Source: Porphyridium purpureum
Taxonomy: Eukaryota
Assembly (NCBI GenBank): GCA_008690995.1
Contig: VRMN01000012.1
Coordinates: forward strand, 62,001 to 126,000
Reading direction: 5' to 3'
DNA: 64,000 nucleotides
Below are positions 61,048 to 64,000 of this stretch, one piece after another. Within the stretch, counting starts at the first letter, position 1; every line of letters begins with the position of its first letter. The notes below the pieces were generated by a model. That model had not been told where the DNA came from. It did not search any database and worked only from the letters and a program-made list of their open reading frames with translations. Both the position numbers and the translations under genes were made by a program.

Positions 61048-62505
61048 ATGGATAATGGCAAGCGTCGCGCGATGGCCTCGTGCTTGCTCCTCCTTTGTGT
61101 ACTGGATGTCCTCGTCCGAAGCACGCAGGCTGTGGAGAATGCAGGTATTGTTTACGCCATTGAGCGCGATACCACGCAAAAGAATATATTTGCGCTGGAC
61201 TTTTCCGCCGGCGTGGGTATGGAGCAGAGTACCACGCTGGTCACAAATATGACAAAGGCCGCGGCCGAGGATCCAGATGGCTTCCCGATGGATTGCTTTG
61301 GATACGTGAACGGGTTTACGCGCACAGGGCCTCTGTATGAGTTTTCACCGAATGGACTGGCGTACGATGGCGACGCACGCCTGTATTTCGTCGCATTCGA
61401 CCAATACGACATGACGACATCACGGCTGTGCTTCTACTCGATTGCGACAGATTCGTTCGAGTTTGCTGCCAACCTCGGCGAGCCTGTGATGGGTGCCGCG
61501 TTTGACTCAAAGACGTATCAATATGTGTGGATTGATCAGGGCCAGCAGCAGGATGTGGGCGGTATTCTGATGCTCCAGTTCGCGCGGCTGGACAGAACGA
61601 CGGGCCACATCATGGAGCGAGTGAACAACACCATGTTCCGCAACGTGACAACGAACCCGAATGCGCCGGCTGCCCAATTGCCGTTCACTTTCCGCGGCGG
61701 CGATGTGGCAATCGACTGTGGCGGCATGCTGTATGGCAGCAGCGTCGGGACGGGGGGTGGCTTCAAATATTTCTTTACCATCGACTTGAACTATGATGCG
61801 GGAGATCTTGGCGAAACTCCTGAAATTGTGTACGCGTACCGACTCATCCATGCAGACGTACCTGACGACCCCAGTCAGGTGAGCACATTGACCGGGTTTG
61901 CAACTGCAGATCAGCTGGCGTTTGACATGGACGGGAGATTGATCAGCCAAGACAGCGAGCAAGGCGTCTTCAGTGTCGTAGATATTGCGACCGGTGCGAA
62001 CGGTGAACTGGGCGTCGAGGGTGAGGATTACATCCGGCTGTATGAGATGGGCATGCTGCGAACGTTCGCAGACCTTGCCTCCACTCTGAGCTGCGAAGTG
62101 TCAACTCCAACGCCAACGCCAACTCCAACGTCAACATCAATGCCAACTCCAACACCGGAATACTGTTGCTCGCCAGATGACGAAGGCGCAGTCTGCAAGA
62201 CGGCGTCGGACATGCCAGAAGAAAGTTCGGACAACTCGGACAGCGACTATGAGACCATGAGAATGATTACGAGCATGCGCAGCCACAGCAAGCACAGCCG
62301 CGGCCGCGGTCGTGGCCATTACTGCCGTTGCAGCTCATCCTCCGACTCGGAGGAAGAGGTGCCGTGCTGCCCATGCACATGCCCGAAACCGCCGCCAAAG
62401 CCTCCTGTGTGTGGAAATGATGGAAGCGACAGTAGCAGTACAAGCAGCGAGAGCAGCAGTGGAAGCGAGTCGGAATCTAACGACAGAAGGGCGAAGAGGA
62501 AGTAG
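61048..62505 (+). CDS. Secreted paralog D with PT linker, Cys motifs and Ser-rich tail
   Basis: Close paralog of C; first ATG at 61048; TATA near 60848. Confidence 0.88.
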   Translation: MDNGKRRAMASCLLLLCVLDVLVRSTQAVENAGIVYAIERDTTQKNIFALDFSAGVGMEQSTTLVTNMTKAAAEDPDGFPMDCFGYVNGFTRTGPLYEFSPNGLAYDGDARLYFVAFDQYDMTTSRLCFYSIATDSFEFAANLGEPVMGAAFDSKTYQYVWIDQGQQQDVGGILMLQFARLDRTTGHIMERVNNTMFRNVTTNPNAPAAQLPFTFRGGDVAIDCGGMLYGSSVGTGGGFKYFFTIDLNYDAGDLGETPEIVYAYRLIHADVPDDPSQVSTLTGFATADQLAFDMDGRLISQDSEQGVFSVVDIATGANGELGVEGEDYIRLYEMGMLRTFADLASTLSCEVSTPTPTPTPTSTSMPTPTPEYCCSPDDEGAVCKTASDMPEESSDNSDSDYETMRMITSMRSHSKHSRGRGRGHYCRCSSSSDSEEEVPCCPCTCPKPPPKPPVCGNDGSDSSSTSSESSSGSESESNDRRAKRK

Positions 62506-63529
62506 GCAAGAGAACCCGGACAGCAACTCAAAACAAAATTTACCTGCACAAGAGAAATGCATGGTTGTGTGATTGAAGAATAAATTAAAACAAATTCGAT
62601 GTGCCCCTGCAGAGGCTTGCATTCCCGGATACTGGAGTGCATTTCTGGAGTGAAGCTTTCCGAGTCGTTACCTTATTCTCCTTCAACGTTCCCGCCTAGA
62701 CACGTACTGCGTCGGATGAGAGCATTCTGAAAGCAGAGGCAGGGCGCTTTTTGCACATTAGTTTCACGTGCAGAATTCCTTCGCGAGACATTCATTGGAC
62801 AGAGCACGACACAAAAGACATCGCGCCGTCCACGCACGAAGTGTGAGACTGTAGAGGCTCATATGAGATGGCCGCCGCCATACTAAAGCAGCCAAGCATG
62901 TTGCGCGTTCGGCGCAAGAACACACATCACCCCACCAACCCGCTTCAGGCGCAACGACAAAACGTGTAGTAAACGATGCATTCTTGTTGTAAACTGTGAA
63001 GGAATGATCGGGGAGTTGTCTAGACTTCGTCTCTACCTGACGACACGTTTACTCGTAATCTCCTATTCCTCTTCCTTGCGTCTTCTCTGGTGAGGAAGCT
63101 AACCAGGCGACGACCGTCGGGTGGGGTTGCTTTTATACACGCCGCCAGCCTGGCGTGCACTTCTGCAGCGCAGGGCGACGAGGTGGGTCTTGCCACCCAG
63201 CCACAGGCCCTGCACGACCCGACCGTTGCGAGGATGGCTCCGAAACCACCATATGCGCGCGCATGGGCCCGCGCGGCACTCGACCGTTAGGTCGCCACTT
63301 CGAAACGGTCCGACTGTTTTACAGGTAAACGATTTCCGCCGTGAAGCAGCGTGATTTGTGAATGGCCTGGCTGTACACACACTGTACTTCCACAGAACCC
63401 CCACCAACGCCGCCCCGCGCTGCTCGGTCGTCCAGCGCGCCGCGCCGTTCCAGCACGATGGGCGTGGTGGCCGCGTAGGCCGACGGCCCTGCTTCTTCGG
63501 ACCCAAACTGCCTGGTCCTTCATCCGTGA

Positions 63530-63995
63530 CCCCGCCGCATTCCACACGCGTGCCTGTGCGCCGCGCGGGGACCCCCCTTGGCGCTGGCGCTGGCTCCACC
63601 ACACGCACCAAACCTCTGCGGCAAACCGCTGCGGCGCGCTCGATCCGCTGACCCCGCGCGAGCTGTACCCCCACCGCTGTCCGCATTACACCTCCAATTC
63701 AAAGGTCTTCGACTGTACCTTATGCTTTGGTGGGGTGGTGCTGACACTGTACCGCAGACGGTGCTTTTGCGAGTTGGGTGCCGCGTGTGCGAGTGTGTGG
63801 AACTAACGCGCCAGGTGGTCGCACGTGCGAAGCGCCGCGGTGCGACGCTAATTTTACTAACGCTTCTGGGCATGTGCTCCCTGCGTGGCGTGTCTCCATT
63901 GAAAAGGAAGGACGGTCGAATTCAGACGCAACGTTGCTGCACGTGAACGCCGCTCAGAATGGACGGTGGACGAGCGGCTACAGGGCACGCAAAGT
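63530..63995 (+). repeat. Diverged copy of the upstream block of paralog B
   Basis: Colinear similarity to 52740-53165. Confidence 0.65.
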
Positions 63996-64000
63996 ATCCG

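Overview
Eukaryotic, GC-rich, apparently intron-poor DNA. A red alga (Porphyridium-like) is inferred from a MAFV-type plastid transit peptide and the transposon types; this is not proven. The first 38 kb are a transposon nest. It holds an intact chromodomain Ty3/gypsy element (1087-8322, 4-bp TSD, -1 frameshift signal) that splits an ORF, a copia RNase H remnant, a decayed gypsy on the minus strand, a Tc3-like DD34E transposon, and an intact GalEa-type copia (21125-26400) inserted into the last bases of the Tc3 TIR. The most unusual object is an intact LTR element at 32761-38409 with identical LTRs. It joins a Ty3/gypsy-type Gag and protease to a Ty1/copia-type integrase-RT-RNase H, ends in CG...TG instead of TG...CA, carries a Myb/SANT-like segment after the integrase, has a half-tRNA-iMet PBS and has a small hydrophobic ORF upstream of gag. 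Host genes are a bacterial-type MscL channel, a Bub1/BubR1-like probable pseudokinase, a plastid DUF3067-like protein, a large EF-hand/Ser-Thr kinase, SUA5, and a tandem array of four secreted SP/PT-linker, Cys-motif, Ser/Lys/acidic-repeat proteins. All family calls come from reading motifs by eye; no database search was run.
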